Source of the DNA: a virus
Lineage: Duplodnaviria; Caudoviricetes
IMG/VR virus record: IMGVR_UViG_3300011336_000389
Coordinates: 1 to 39,970 of that record
DNA length: 39,970 bases
Strand: one strand, 5' to 3'
The notes beneath the pieces were generated by a model that did not search any database, was not told the origin of the DNA, and was given only the letters and a program-made list of their open reading frames with translations. Position numbers and translations under genes: made by a program. Below, one piece after another: positions 1-8,500 of the stretch; within the stretch, counting starts at the first letter, position 1; each line of letters begins with the position of its first letter.

Positions 1-2
1 AG

Positions 3-176
3 TGTGAGATTGTCGGCTTCGCGCAAGCTCAGTTTGCCTGCCTGGCCAAGCTGCTCAAGAGCAGTCATCCCGCAGGCGTGCCGGTATTTCTTTTTCCACC
101 TGGCCAAGGTAGCCCAGTGCATCCTGGCATTGGGTGACAGCTCTTTGGGTGGCCATGGCAGCGTGAACTCAATCAT
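3..176 (-). CDS. RusA-like Holliday junction resolvase, N-terminal part (truncated at window edge)
   Basis: Read manually, not in the ORF track. ATG at 176 overlaps the end of the cro-like gene. MIEFTLPWPPKELSPNARMHWATLARWKKKYRHAC matches the LPWPP..SPN..HW start typical of phage RusA-like proteins. Catalytic aspartates would lie outside the window. Confidence 0.65.
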   Translation of the reverse strand, partial: MIEFTLPWPPKELSPNARMHWATLARWKKKYRHACGMTALEQLGQAGKLSLREADNLT

Positions 177-393
177 CGCGCCCGAACACCATTTCATGAG
201 CAGTCATTTGCAGGCCCTGGCCCCAGGCTGTTTCAAGCAGCGCCTTCTGGATGCTGGACGGCACGGTGCCGGAGCGCTTCCATCGAGACACTGCTGCGGG
301 GTCGCGCCCCAAAGCCCTTGCTAATTTTCTGACCCCACCAAACTCATGAATGGCGACATCGACCGGTGTTTTTTTAGTGTGTGTGTTGTGCAT
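169..393 (-). CDS. Cro/YdaS-like HTH transcriptional regulator
   Basis: 74 aa; AIHEFGGVRKLARALGRDPAAVSRWKRSGTVP is a Cro-like HTH. It is the first gene of the leftward arm at a divergent promoter region. Confidence 0.8.
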   Translation of the reverse strand: MHNTHTKKTPVDVAIHEFGGVRKLARALGRDPAAVSRWKRSGTVPSSIQKALLETAWGQGLQMTAHEMVFGRDD

Positions 394-418
394 TCGTCAA
401 TGATGCCACAAGGTCAAC
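385..418. promoter_or_regulatory. Tandem 17-bp operator-like sites
   Basis: GTTGT-gcattcg-TCAAT (385-401) abuts GATGC-cacaagg-TCAAC (402-418). The same tandem layout recurs at 37121-37154. Confidence 0.6.
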
Positions 419-428
419 GTCTTGTGAA
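400..428 (-). promoter_or_regulatory. Putative leftward sigma70-type promoter, probably giving a leaderless cro-like mRNA
   Basis: TTCACA (428-423), 17 nt, then CATCAT (405-400) preceded by TG. The ATG at 393 follows 6 nt later with no Shine-Dalgarno sequence. Confidence 0.45.
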
Positions 429-481
429 GCCTTGATTTATAAGGGAAATACGCCCATCTACACCCCAGCACAAAAAAAGAT

Positions 482-515
482 TTGCAGCTACCAAAATTGT
501 TGATATACTATCCAC
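482..515 (+). promoter_or_regulatory. Rightward early sigma70-type promoter with overlapping operator-like palindrome
   Basis: TTGCAG (482-487), 16 nt, extended -10 TGaTATACT (501-509), with an A-tract upstream. GTTGA-tatacta-TCCAC (499-515) covers the -10. AGGAG RBS precedes the ATG at 546. Confidence 0.7.
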
Positions 516-545
516 ACGTTCAGCAAATTAACCAGGAGAAACGAC

Positions 546-929
546 ATGACAAACGAAGAGCAATACCTGATCCAAGCAATCAAAAAGCTTCCAGGTCACC
601 AAGTGTTTGATGGCCGCAATGGCGGCAGTGTGATCGTTGCAATCACCAAGTCCAATGGTGTCAAACAGATATCAGTTTGGCTTGGCCGTGGCAGCAGCAT
701 CGAGCGCCTGGAAGAGATCTTGAAGAATTCTTTTTTGGACAAGCAGATCGTAGTAGCCGGTGATGTGTGGCGCGTTCTCGGCGCTGGCGCTCAACGCGAT
801 GGCAACACGTTCTGCCACCTGGCCAGCACCACCCGTTTCCGCCAGCAGAAAAATGGCAAGAATCCAATCCAGATTGGCGACTGGGTTGATACCGCAGTTC
901 TCATCGCCGCAACCAACCAAGGAGCTTAA
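546..929 (+). CDS. Hypothetical early protein
   Basis: 127 aa; AGGAG RBS; first gene after the early promoter. Confidence 0.75.
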   Translation: MTNEEQYLIQAIKKLPGHQVFDGRNGGSVIVAITKSNGVKQISVWLGRGSSIERLEEILKNSFLDKQIVVAGDVWRVLGAGAQRDGNTFCHLASTTRFRQQKNGKNPIQIGDWVDTAVLIAATNQGA

Positions 930-931
930 TC

Positions 932-1117
932 ATGTCAATGGACATAAATTTTCACCGTGTCACCAAAGTAGTTCTGGGTGAAGTTCGTTCAAACGTGAGC
1001 CCATCACGTTCTTACGATGTGCGCGATATCACCATCACGCACGACAACGGTCAAGAGACCACCATCACCCTGTTCAGCGCAGATGACAAGGAAGATGTTT
1101 TGAGGATCATCGTATGA
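932..1117 (+). CDS. Small hypothetical early protein
   Basis: 61 aa; AAGGAG RBS; tightly packed with its neighbours. Confidence 0.7.
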   Translation: MSMDINFHRVTKVVLGEVRSNVSPSRSYDVRDITITHDNGQETTITLFSADDKEDVLRIIV

Positions 1118-1323
1118 GCCAGTGCGAAGACATCCTCACCCATATGCAAACCAAGGGTGCCATTACCGCTCTTGAAGCTCTCGATCAATACGGGTGCTTC
1201 AGACTGGCAAGCCGCATCAATGACTTGCGTAGCGATGGCCACGCCATCCACACTGCGACCATCGAGCTGCACAACGGCAAGAAGATCGCTTCTTACTCTC
1301 TCTTAAAAACCAAAGGAAACTGA
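1114..1323 (+). CDS. Winged-HTH domain protein (HTH_39-like)
   Basis: ILTHMQTKGAITALEALDQYGCFRLASRINDLRSDGHAI..YSL is the typical pattern; ATGA overlap with the previous gene. Confidence 0.8.
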   Translation: MSQCEDILTHMQTKGAITALEALDQYGCFRLASRINDLRSDGHAIHTATIELHNGKKIASYSLLKTKGN

Positions 1324-1324
1324 A

Positions 1325-2275
1325 ATGACCAAGCAAATCATCGAGATCACCAACGAACAAGCATGGCTTGAGCAGCGCCTGCAAGACATTACTTCAACTG
1401 AGGTGTCTGCGCTGTATGGCCTCAACCCTTACCAGTCTGAGTTTGAGCTGTACCACGCCAAGCGCAACAAAGAAGTCATCCGCATTGAAGAGAATGAGCG
1501 CATGACCTGGGGCAAGCGCCTGGAAAGCGCAATTGCTCACGGCGCAGCCGAGACCATGGGCTGGGACATCGAGAAGTTTGGTGTCTATATGCGCGACACC
1601 GATGGTCGGATCGGCAGCTCGTTTGACTTCAAGATCAACAGCTCTTCCCAGGGCGTTGGCATTCTGGAAGTCAAGAACGTGGACAGCCTTGTCTATCACC
1701 GCAACTGGATCGATGACGGCCAAGGCAACATCGAAGCGCCGGAACACATCGAAATGCAAATTCAGCACCAGATGGAAGTGGCCGACATTGACTGGTGCGC
1801 CCTGGTCGCCCTGGTCGGCGGAAACACCCAGAAGGTTGTGCTGCGTAATCGCGACCGCGACATTGGCGGCAACATCCGCGCCAAGGTATCAGCGTTCTGG
1901 GCCGGTGTTGATGCAGGCGTGGCACCAAGCCCCGACTACACCAAGGATGCCGAGTTCATCATCAAGAGCTTGCGTGGCAGCGCGACCGAGGGCCTGGTGG
2001 CCGAGGCTGACGCAGAGCTTGAACAGCTCATTGAGCAATATCACTTTGTCTCGCGTGAAGGCAAAGACTTGGAAGCTCTCAAAGAGCAGTACAAGGCACA
2101 AATCCTGGATCGCATTGGTGAGGCCAGCAAGGTTATTTCCAGCCTTGGCACCATCTCATGCGGCATGACCAAGGCCAGCGAAGGCAAGATCATCACCCAG
2201 GATATGGTCGGGACATACACCGGCGCACGCAGCGGTTTCCGCAATTTTCGTTTCACACCCAAGAAAGGTACTTAA
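1325..2275 (+). CDS. YqaJ-like viral recombinase exonuclease
   Basis: WLEQRLQDITSTE, WGKRLE, SSFDF, LEVKN and QIQHQM match the lambda-exo/YqaJ PD-(D/E)xK motifs; lies upstream of RecT. Confidence 0.9.
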   Translation: MTKQIIEITNEQAWLEQRLQDITSTEVSALYGLNPYQSEFELYHAKRNKEVIRIEENERMTWGKRLESAIAHGAAETMGWDIEKFGVYMRDTDGRIGSSFDFKINSSSQGVGILEVKNVDSLVYHRNWIDDGQGNIEAPEHIEMQIQHQMEVADIDWCALVALVGGNTQKVVLRNRDRDIGGNIRAKVSAFWAGVDAGVAPSPDYTKDAEFIIKSLRGSATEGLVAEADAELEQLIEQYHFVSREGKDLEALKEQYKAQILDRIGEASKVISSLGTISCGMTKASEGKIITQDMVGTYTGARSGFRNFRFTPKKGT

Positions 2276-2277
2276 TC

Positions 2278-2496
2278 ATGGCAACAGAACAACGCATCTA
2301 CATCGTCACCGGCAACGGCAAAACAAACCTGGTTCGAGCAATGAGCCAGGCCCAGGCCTTGCGCCACATCGCCGGTGAGATGTTCACGGTCGAGATAGCC
2401 AGGGCTGTCGATGTGGCAGACCTCATGGCCAAAGGCGTTCACCTCAAGGTGGCCGTCCAAGTAGCAGAGCAATCAACAATTTTTGGAGAGGAATAA
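2278..2496 (+). CDS. Small hypothetical protein
   Basis: Start moved to ATG 2278 (MATEQRIYIV..LVRAMSQAQALRH), 2 nt after the previous stop and behind an AAGG RBS. Confidence 0.7.
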   Translation: MATEQRIYIVTGNGKTNLVRAMSQAQALRHIAGEMFTVEIARAVDVADLMAKGVHLKVAVQVAEQSTIFGEE

Positions 2497-2498
2497 TC

Positions 2499-3344
2499 AT
2501 GTCAGACAGCAAAGCACTTACCCCGATGGAAGCCATGCGCGGTACTCTGCAAACCATGCGCGTGGAGTTCGAGGCAGCACTACCGCCCCAGATCCCAGTC
2601 GATAAATTTATCCGCACCGCCATCACCGCAGTGCAGATGCAGCCAGACCTACTTGGTGCCGACCGCAAGAGCCTGCTTGGCGCTTGCATGAAAGCCGCCC
2701 AGGACGGTTTGCTGCTCGATGGGCGCGAGGCTGCGCCGGTAATCTTCAACACCAAGGAAGGCAAGAAAGTTCAATATATGCCCATGATTGGCGGCATCTT
2801 GAAGAAGATCCGCAACAGTGGGGAGCTGGCCACCATCAGCGCCCAGGTGGCGTACAGCGCAGACTTCTTTGAGTATGAGCTTGGAGATGAAGAGAAGATC
2901 ACGCACAAGCCCTTCATGGGTGGTGAGCGTGGCACGCCAATCGCTGTGTATGCAGTGGCCAAGACCAAAGACGGCGCGATCTACCGCGAGGTGATGAGCG
3001 TGTCCGATGTTGAGAAGGTTCGCGCAGCCAGCCGCGCCGGTAAGTTTGGCCCATGGGTCGAATGGTGGGATGAGATGGCCAAGAAGACCGTCATCCGCCG
3101 CATGGCCAAGCGCCTGCCATCGAGCGCTGACGTTGACCAGGTGTTCGCGCATGACAACGAACAGTTTGAACAAGCGCCAGCACGCCAGGCACCGATCAAT
3201 ATCACGCCCATGCCAGAGGCCCAGGCAAAGCCGCTAGGGCGTTTGAAAAAGTCGATGGCTGTCGAGGTATCAGAAGATGGCGAAATCCTGCCTGCGGCTG
3301 ATCCTGTGGCGCAGGAGGTGGCACATGAACCTCAAGTCCAGTGA
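2499..3344 (+). CDS. recT: RecT-family single-strand annealing protein
   Basis: SLLGACMKAAQDGL, GILKKIRNSG and PWVEWWDEMAKKTVIRRMAKRLP are RecT motifs; paired with the exonuclease. Confidence 0.92.
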   Translation: MSDSKALTPMEAMRGTLQTMRVEFEAALPPQIPVDKFIRTAITAVQMQPDLLGADRKSLLGACMKAAQDGLLLDGREAAPVIFNTKEGKKVQYMPMIGGILKKIRNSGELATISAQVAYSADFFEYELGDEEKITHKPFMGGERGTPIAVYAVAKTKDGAIYREVMSVSDVEKVRAASRAGKFGPWVEWWDEMAKKTVIRRMAKRLPSSADVDQVFAHDNEQFEQAPARQAPINITPMPEAQAKPLGRLKKSMAVEVSEDGEILPAADPVAQEVAHEPQVQ

Positions 3345-3534
3345 AGTGGCCAAGCGCCTGCAAATCAAGGAAGGCACCTTGAGAACCTGGCGCATGGAAC
3401 AAAGGGGGCCTGCCTACATTAAGTTGGGGCAGGCCAAAAGCAGCGCAGTGCGCTATCGCCTGGAGGATGTCGAGCTTTGGGAGAAACAAAACCGCTGGTG
3501 GCTAGACCCCACCGGCACCAATGAAAAGGGGTAA
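3325..3534 (+). CDS. Excisionase/AlpA-like HTH DNA-binding protein
   Basis: Start moved to ATG 3325 (AGGAGG RBS). LKSSEVAKRLQIKEGTLRTWRMEQRGPAYIKLG..VRYRLEDVE matches the HTH_17/Xis pattern. Confidence 0.8.
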   Translation: MNLKSSEVAKRLQIKEGTLRTWRMEQRGPAYIKLGQAKSSAVRYRLEDVELWEKQNRWWLDPTGTNEKG

Positions 3535-3537
3535 TGT

Positions 3538-3789
3538 ATGAAAGCAACCACAATCGCATTTCTTGTTTTGCTGCTAGGGGGGTGCGCGTCCAGTGACTTA
3601 AACCCACCAAAGCAGACTGTTGTTTTGCAGAAGGAGATCTACCAAATGTCCAGGTCGCAAACCATCGATGCAATACGGGAATGCGAGACAAGTGGCACCA
3701 GGGCGGTGCCGATCTACGGGAACAGACTGGTCAATGGGTACATGACGCAGATCATCCTTGAGATCAATTGTGCGCCAAGCTGGAAGTAA
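3538..3789 (+). CDS. Small predicted lipoprotein
   Basis: MKATTIAFLVLLLGG|C has a basic N-terminus, a hydrophobic core and a lipobox Cys. Confidence 0.75.
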   Translation: MKATTIAFLVLLLGGCASSDLNPPKQTVVLQKEIYQMSRSQTIDAIRECETSGTRAVPIYGNRLVNGYMTQIILEINCAPSWK

Positions 3790-3828
3790 AAAAACCCCGC
3801 CAACCGGAGTCACCCAATTGGCGGGGTT
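3788..3828 (-). terminator. Rho-independent terminator at the convergence of late and early arms
   Basis: AACCCCGCCAA (3793-3803) / TTGGCGGGGTT (3818-3828) inverted repeat followed by a U-run on the minus strand. Confidence 0.85.
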
Positions 3829-3867
3829 CAAGTTGCTGCCCAAGGGAGGATGGGCGGCTGGCAACTA

Positions 3868-4323
3868 TCAGTATGGTATCTCAAAATGGGGGCCGTCTAA
3901 GAACGGCCTTTTGTTTTCCTTGCGGCGCATATCCACATAGAACATCTGCGCCTCTTCCATGGTGCCGCGCCATAGCCGGATGTCTTCCACGTTCCAGGCA
4001 CAACCCCAGCGCACCGGCACATTGGCCTCGATAGCCGCCTGCTTCATGGCATCAGCGATCTCATCGTACATATTCAACTCCCAGCAAACATCGCCATCAA
4101 GGTAGGCCACCAGGTCAACGGCCTTGCCCTCGATATGCTTGCTGGCCATGGTCTGGCTTTTACCGGCGGCAACAAGGGCCTTCTGCCGCTCGATGGTACG
4201 CAGGCCTTCAGTCACACCAAAGTCAACCTTGGTGATCTCAATGGCACGCTTGACTATTTTTACCAAGCGTTCATCCACACCGGCCAAACCATCTAGGCTG
4301 CGCTTCGATAAAGCGAATGTCAT
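3868..4323 (-). CDS. Endolysin, M15 family (L-Ala-D-Glu peptidase type)
   Basis: EGLRTIERQ, SKHIEGKAVDL, RWG and DGPHFE are the zinc-peptidase motifs of T5-lysin-like M15 enzymes. Confidence 0.92.
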   Translation of the reverse strand: MTFALSKRSLDGLAGVDERLVKIVKRAIEITKVDFGVTEGLRTIERQKALVAAGKSQTMASKHIEGKAVDLVAYLDGDVCWELNMYDEIADAMKQAAIEANVPVRWGCAWNVEDIRLWRGTMEEAQMFYVDMRRKENKRPFLDGPHFEIPY

Positions 4324-4715
4324 TTCTCGACCCCTTTTACCTTTTCAAAAGTACGAAGGCCACCAAGGCCCAAGAGACCACCAAGAACGGTCATCAAGGA
4401 AGCCATATCAAACACAGGCAGCGCAGGCAAATTGAGGCCATAGACAGCAATGACGAAGATCATGAGGGGTTGCAGCACAAAGTGATAGGCAAAGGCACTG
4501 CCGCACACCCAGCCAATGAATGGTCGCCATCCACCTTTGAACAGAGACCCGCTTGCAGCCTCTTCTTTGTTGACGGCGATCTGAGCCAGGGAAATTTCAT
4601 GCGCCTGCTTTTCAGCAAGGGTTGCAATTTCATGCGCCAGCCGCGCTTTCTCGCCAGCGTCTGGTATAAATTTATCGAGCAGTCCAGCGATAGGGCCGAC
4701 TAAAAGTTCAAGCAT
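4320..4715 (-). CDS. Holin (3TM, gene-transfer-agent type)
   Basis: NKEEAASGSLFKGGWRPFIGWVCG, hydrophobic segments and GLGGLRTFEK; adjacent to the endolysin. Confidence 0.85.
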   Translation of the reverse strand: MLELLVGPIAGLLDKFIPDAGEKARLAHEIATLAEKQAHEISLAQIAVNKEEAASGSLFKGGWRPFIGWVCGSAFAYHFVLQPLMIFVIAVYGLNLPALPVFDMASLMTVLGGLLGLGGLRTFEKVKGVEK

Positions 4716-4725
4716 TTTTTTCTCC

Positions 4726-5190
4726 TTAGAACTTGCCCTTGAGTTCGAGCAAATAGTTTATGAACAAAATCAAAACGACAAAGCCGCCAAAGCTGATGCA
4801 GACAATCATGAACCAATCCACAATGTCCTGGATCTGTTGTGCTTTTTTTGCTTTTGCCTTTTCGATTTTCTTTTTTTCCTCTCTTCTCTGTCTCGCGCAT
4901 TCAGCTTGGTACATGACCCAGTCATCCCAAAGCCCAGCGCGACCATGCCAGATCATCAGCTCTCTGAGATCATGCTCATGTTTCTTTAACTCTTCCAGGG
5001 CCAGGAATTCATCCAGCTCTGTGTTCTGTTTGCTGCCGGTACTCTTCTTTGTGACGGCAATCTGTAGATCTTCTTTGGCGTGAAAGTACGCCATCATCGC
5101 CTTGCCAGCGCTTGCGATTTCCCCGCCATTCTTGACGGCGGTCTTAATGATCGCAAAGGCTGCGTTGGCAGCGGCGAGTTCCGCCAGCAT
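4726..5190 (-). CDS. Hypothetical protein with C-terminal transmembrane helix
   Basis: 154 aa; basic coiled segment followed by a hydrophobic stretch; sits in the lysis cluster. Confidence 0.75.
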   Translation of the reverse strand: MLAELAAANAAFAIIKTAVKNGGEIASAGKAMMAYFHAKEDLQIAVTKKSTGSKQNTELDEFLALEELKKHEHDLRELMIWHGRAGLWDDWVMYQAECARQRREEKKKIEKAKAKKAQQIQDIVDWFMIVCISFGGFVVLILFINYLLELKGKF

Positions 5191-5501
5191 TACGGGCTCC
5201 CGATGTGCGCTTGGAACCCTAGCTTAGTTGTGATGCCCACCAAAATTAAACCAAGGATGATGACCAGCAAACCCCACAATCCTTTTTTGGTTAGGTCAAG
5301 CTTTAGCTCACGCCAGAACTTTTCTTCTGCGTCAGCAGCCTTCATCAATTTTTCATGGTACCTACGGTGACCAATGTGGTCAGCACCCCCCTCATCATCA
5401 TGAGGGAAGGCTGAGTTGATTTTTTTAATTTCAACCAGAATTTCTTCAAGCCTATCGTAGACCCGTTGATGCTCTGGCGAGAGTGAAACCGGCTTCTCCA
5501 T
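5190..5501 (-). CDS. Hypothetical protein with C-terminal transmembrane helix
   Basis: 103 aa; LWGLLVIILGLILVGI is a TM segment; TAATG overlap with the next gene. Confidence 0.75.
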   Translation of the reverse strand: MEKPVSLSPEHQRVYDRLEEILVEIKKINSAFPHDDEGGADHIGHRRYHEKLMKAADAEEKFWRELKLDLTKKGLWGLLVIILGLILVGITTKLGFQAHIGSP

Positions 5502-5518
5502 TTATGGTTTCCCTTCAC

Positions 5519-8500
5519 TTATGCCTGGCTCTCTGTCCAAGATATGCGACCAGTCACGTTGAACGGGTTCGTACTTGAAACGGTTGAAGGGTCTTCCGAT
5601 AATTTCGCAACAACGGTCAGAACGTCAGGGCCGTCAGGGAACACGTTGTCCCCGCCCAGGATCGAGTTGCCCAAAGTCGAGATGTCAGGAAGAAGCTGCG
5701 TTGTAACAAAGGCTGAACGGTTGGTCGTACCCGTACCGCCCTGGGCTCGGAAGTTGAAAATATCAATGCCGCCAGAGATCAGATCTTTGTTGTTGTGATA
5801 GATCAATTGAGAGAGCGATGGGTTTTGCACGCGCTTCCAATCGGTGTTTGTAATCAATCCATTCAAGCGCAGCGTAATGATGCAGTTGTGAGTTGATAGG
5901 ATGCCAACCGAAGACAAAATCAATTGCATACGGTTGATGATCTCGCGCTCACCAAGGTAGCCTGGTGTGTTGGTATCGACAGACGGTGACAAGCGAATGC
6001 TGATCAACGGGATGTCATACACAACAGCCTGGCCAGTTGTAGACAAGGTAGCAGTGTAGTTGCTCACAGTAGCTGTTTGGCCGGTTGGAACCTGATCGAT
6101 CAAGATCAAGTTACGAACAGCCTCAGTATTGGATGCATTTGGGTTTCCGCGCCGTGTACGCAAGCTCACTTGGTACGGTTGGTTTGGCAATTCAAACCAG
6201 TAATACGGTGCGCGGGTGCGCGTGTATGACTGAATGTTCGCACCAGTGATGGACACGTTGTTCGGGATTGAGTTGTATAGGAAGCTTGGGGTTCCTACGT
6301 TCAATGCGCGACCAATGTTGTACCAGTTATTTCTGAAGAAAATAAAGTAGTCATCTGTGGTTTCAGCATTGGCTGCAACAGTGACGGTGTTCTGGCCAGT
6401 AAGCTGAACGTCCTGGCTCGATGCAGTGAACTGATACGCATTGTCGGGATCGAAGCCGCCATCCATAATCACAGATGTACCCCAGTGAGCCAGCGCAGGC
6501 ACATAGGTTGGCGTGCCAACGTTCTCGATTTCATATCGAGCAGGCACGTTACCAGAGCGCATATACGCTTCGTTCAATCGGTTGTTGTGGATAAACTCAT
6601 GGACGTAGATCACCTTGCCGTATTGGTCTTTGAAACCAAAGCGAACCTTACCAGCGCCGTACCATGAGTAATCCATGTACGCCATCTGAATGCGGTTGTT
6701 GCGAAGGTAGAAACCAGATGGGCCAGTGCCATCGCACTTGTCAAGGTTCCAGTCTTCCTGGTTGACTTTGAGGTCTATAACCTTTGTGATTACAACGCCG
6801 GTATTTGACACACCGCGATACGATGGAAGCACAGCCATGCTGGTGTCGCTGTTAATTTTTGTGACCAGGTAAGTCTGGCCCTTAACAACAATGCTGTCTC
6901 CAATGTTTAGCTGCTTGCTGTACTTGGTGCCAATGCCAGTAATCAATCCACTTCTAAAAGTGACGGCTGATACACCGCTGATCTGCGTGGTGGCATTGCG
7001 GCGGCAAGCTTTGATTTTCTGGCCATCGAACTCAAAGAACAAACCGTTCTGATCATCGAACAAACCACAACGCAATGCGCTGTTGTTCCATGCGTGGACG
7101 TTGAACTCAGGAATTCCGGTAGGGCCGTTTGCGCCGTTTGTCGGGGTGCCAAGCAAGGTGACGGTGAACGTGTAGTCATCGATGATCGATGCAACAACAA
7201 ACTCGCCATTCCAATAATTGACTGCGTCAGTGGTAACCGCATTTCGCACAAGCACAGTCAGGCCAACAGCAAGGCGGTGAGCTGATCGTGTCTTGATTGT
7301 CGCGGTGGTTCCAGATGCAGAGTAATCATCGATCTGCGTGGATGGGCTGAAGTTAACGGCAAAAGAAACCTGGATACCTTTACCAGACTGGTAGCGGAAA
7401 TATCTGCGGGTCTGGCGGATCATTCGGCTATCAGGATTTTTCGATGGGATCAGCTCAACTCCACCGTCATATGGGCGGTGAATTGCAAAGCCATCTGCAC
7501 GCATCAAGAGCGATGTGCCAACAGTGAAGTTGGAATCGATCAATGCCGCTGGCGATGCATTGAGCAATGTCAATGATCCAGATCCCGTGACGGCTTTCAC
7601 GATGTTGCTGTATGTCACGCCAAGGTCTGTGTACCGGAAAGGAGCCACACCATCGCCTGCGTCTGTGATCGAAACTCGACCAGTGTTTGCAAGCGCTGCC
7701 GCTGCCGTATTGTGCAAGGCAAAAGTTGTCGCACTCAGGTTTCGCACATAGTAGATTTGGCCATTGACAGTACCGGCTGGCGCTGTGGCTGCGCTCATCA
7801 CAATCATCATCTCAGTTGATAGACCGTGAGCCACGCCAGTGGTCAAGATCGATGTGCCTGTGTCAATTGAAGTGACTGTGACAGCGACAGTAGTTGGTGC
7901 CTTGTAAAACGAAATCGCATCGCCCGTATTAAAGAACGAAGTAAAGTTTGTGCTGGTGCCAACAACAGACGAAGAGCCAACGTCTACGCTAATTGTCCCA
8001 CCACCAATTACTTCGCCAGTGATACTGTTGGTTGTTAAAGTGTGCGTGCCAGTGCCGGTGCTGGTCAGGTTAATGTAGGTTGCATTGACTGTTGCGTTTT
8101 CAAAAGTAGTTGCAAGCCTAATCCAGTCACGGCTTACGCGAATGACATAGTAGGTTGTGCTGTCAACTAAGCCTCCAACAGCAGTGCCGCTGGTGCCATA
8201 GGTAACGGCCTGGCCGGTGACGAAGTAATGATCAGGAATGCGAATAGCATCTTGCTCATGCCAGACAGAAGACAGTGAGCTAAAGTTGACTACACGCGCA
8301 GGGATTTGGCCTGGCGCACCAAGAGTGAACTGGTTGTCATTGACGATGCTATTGATCTGATAAACGCCGTCTGAAGATCCAATGGCCGTGGCATTAAAAA
8401 CCTGGGTTCCTGTGCCTGCTTTATACAAATCAACAGCGGTTGTTTTTACAAACGTGCCGCTTCCACTGTACGGGTATGCCCAATAAATTCTTGTGCGTTC

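Noticed and set aside
1-176. Joining base 1 to base 39970 fuses the RusA-like ORF in frame to the DDDIPF tail
   Set aside because: An in-frame join has a 1-in-3 chance. The 78-aa product would lack both the RusA catalytic region and the SSB OB-fold, so sequence is probably missing between the ends.
4700-4900. Overlapping 66-aa ORF as an embedded o-spanin (Rz1)
   Set aside because: It has no hydrophobic signal peptide or lipobox.
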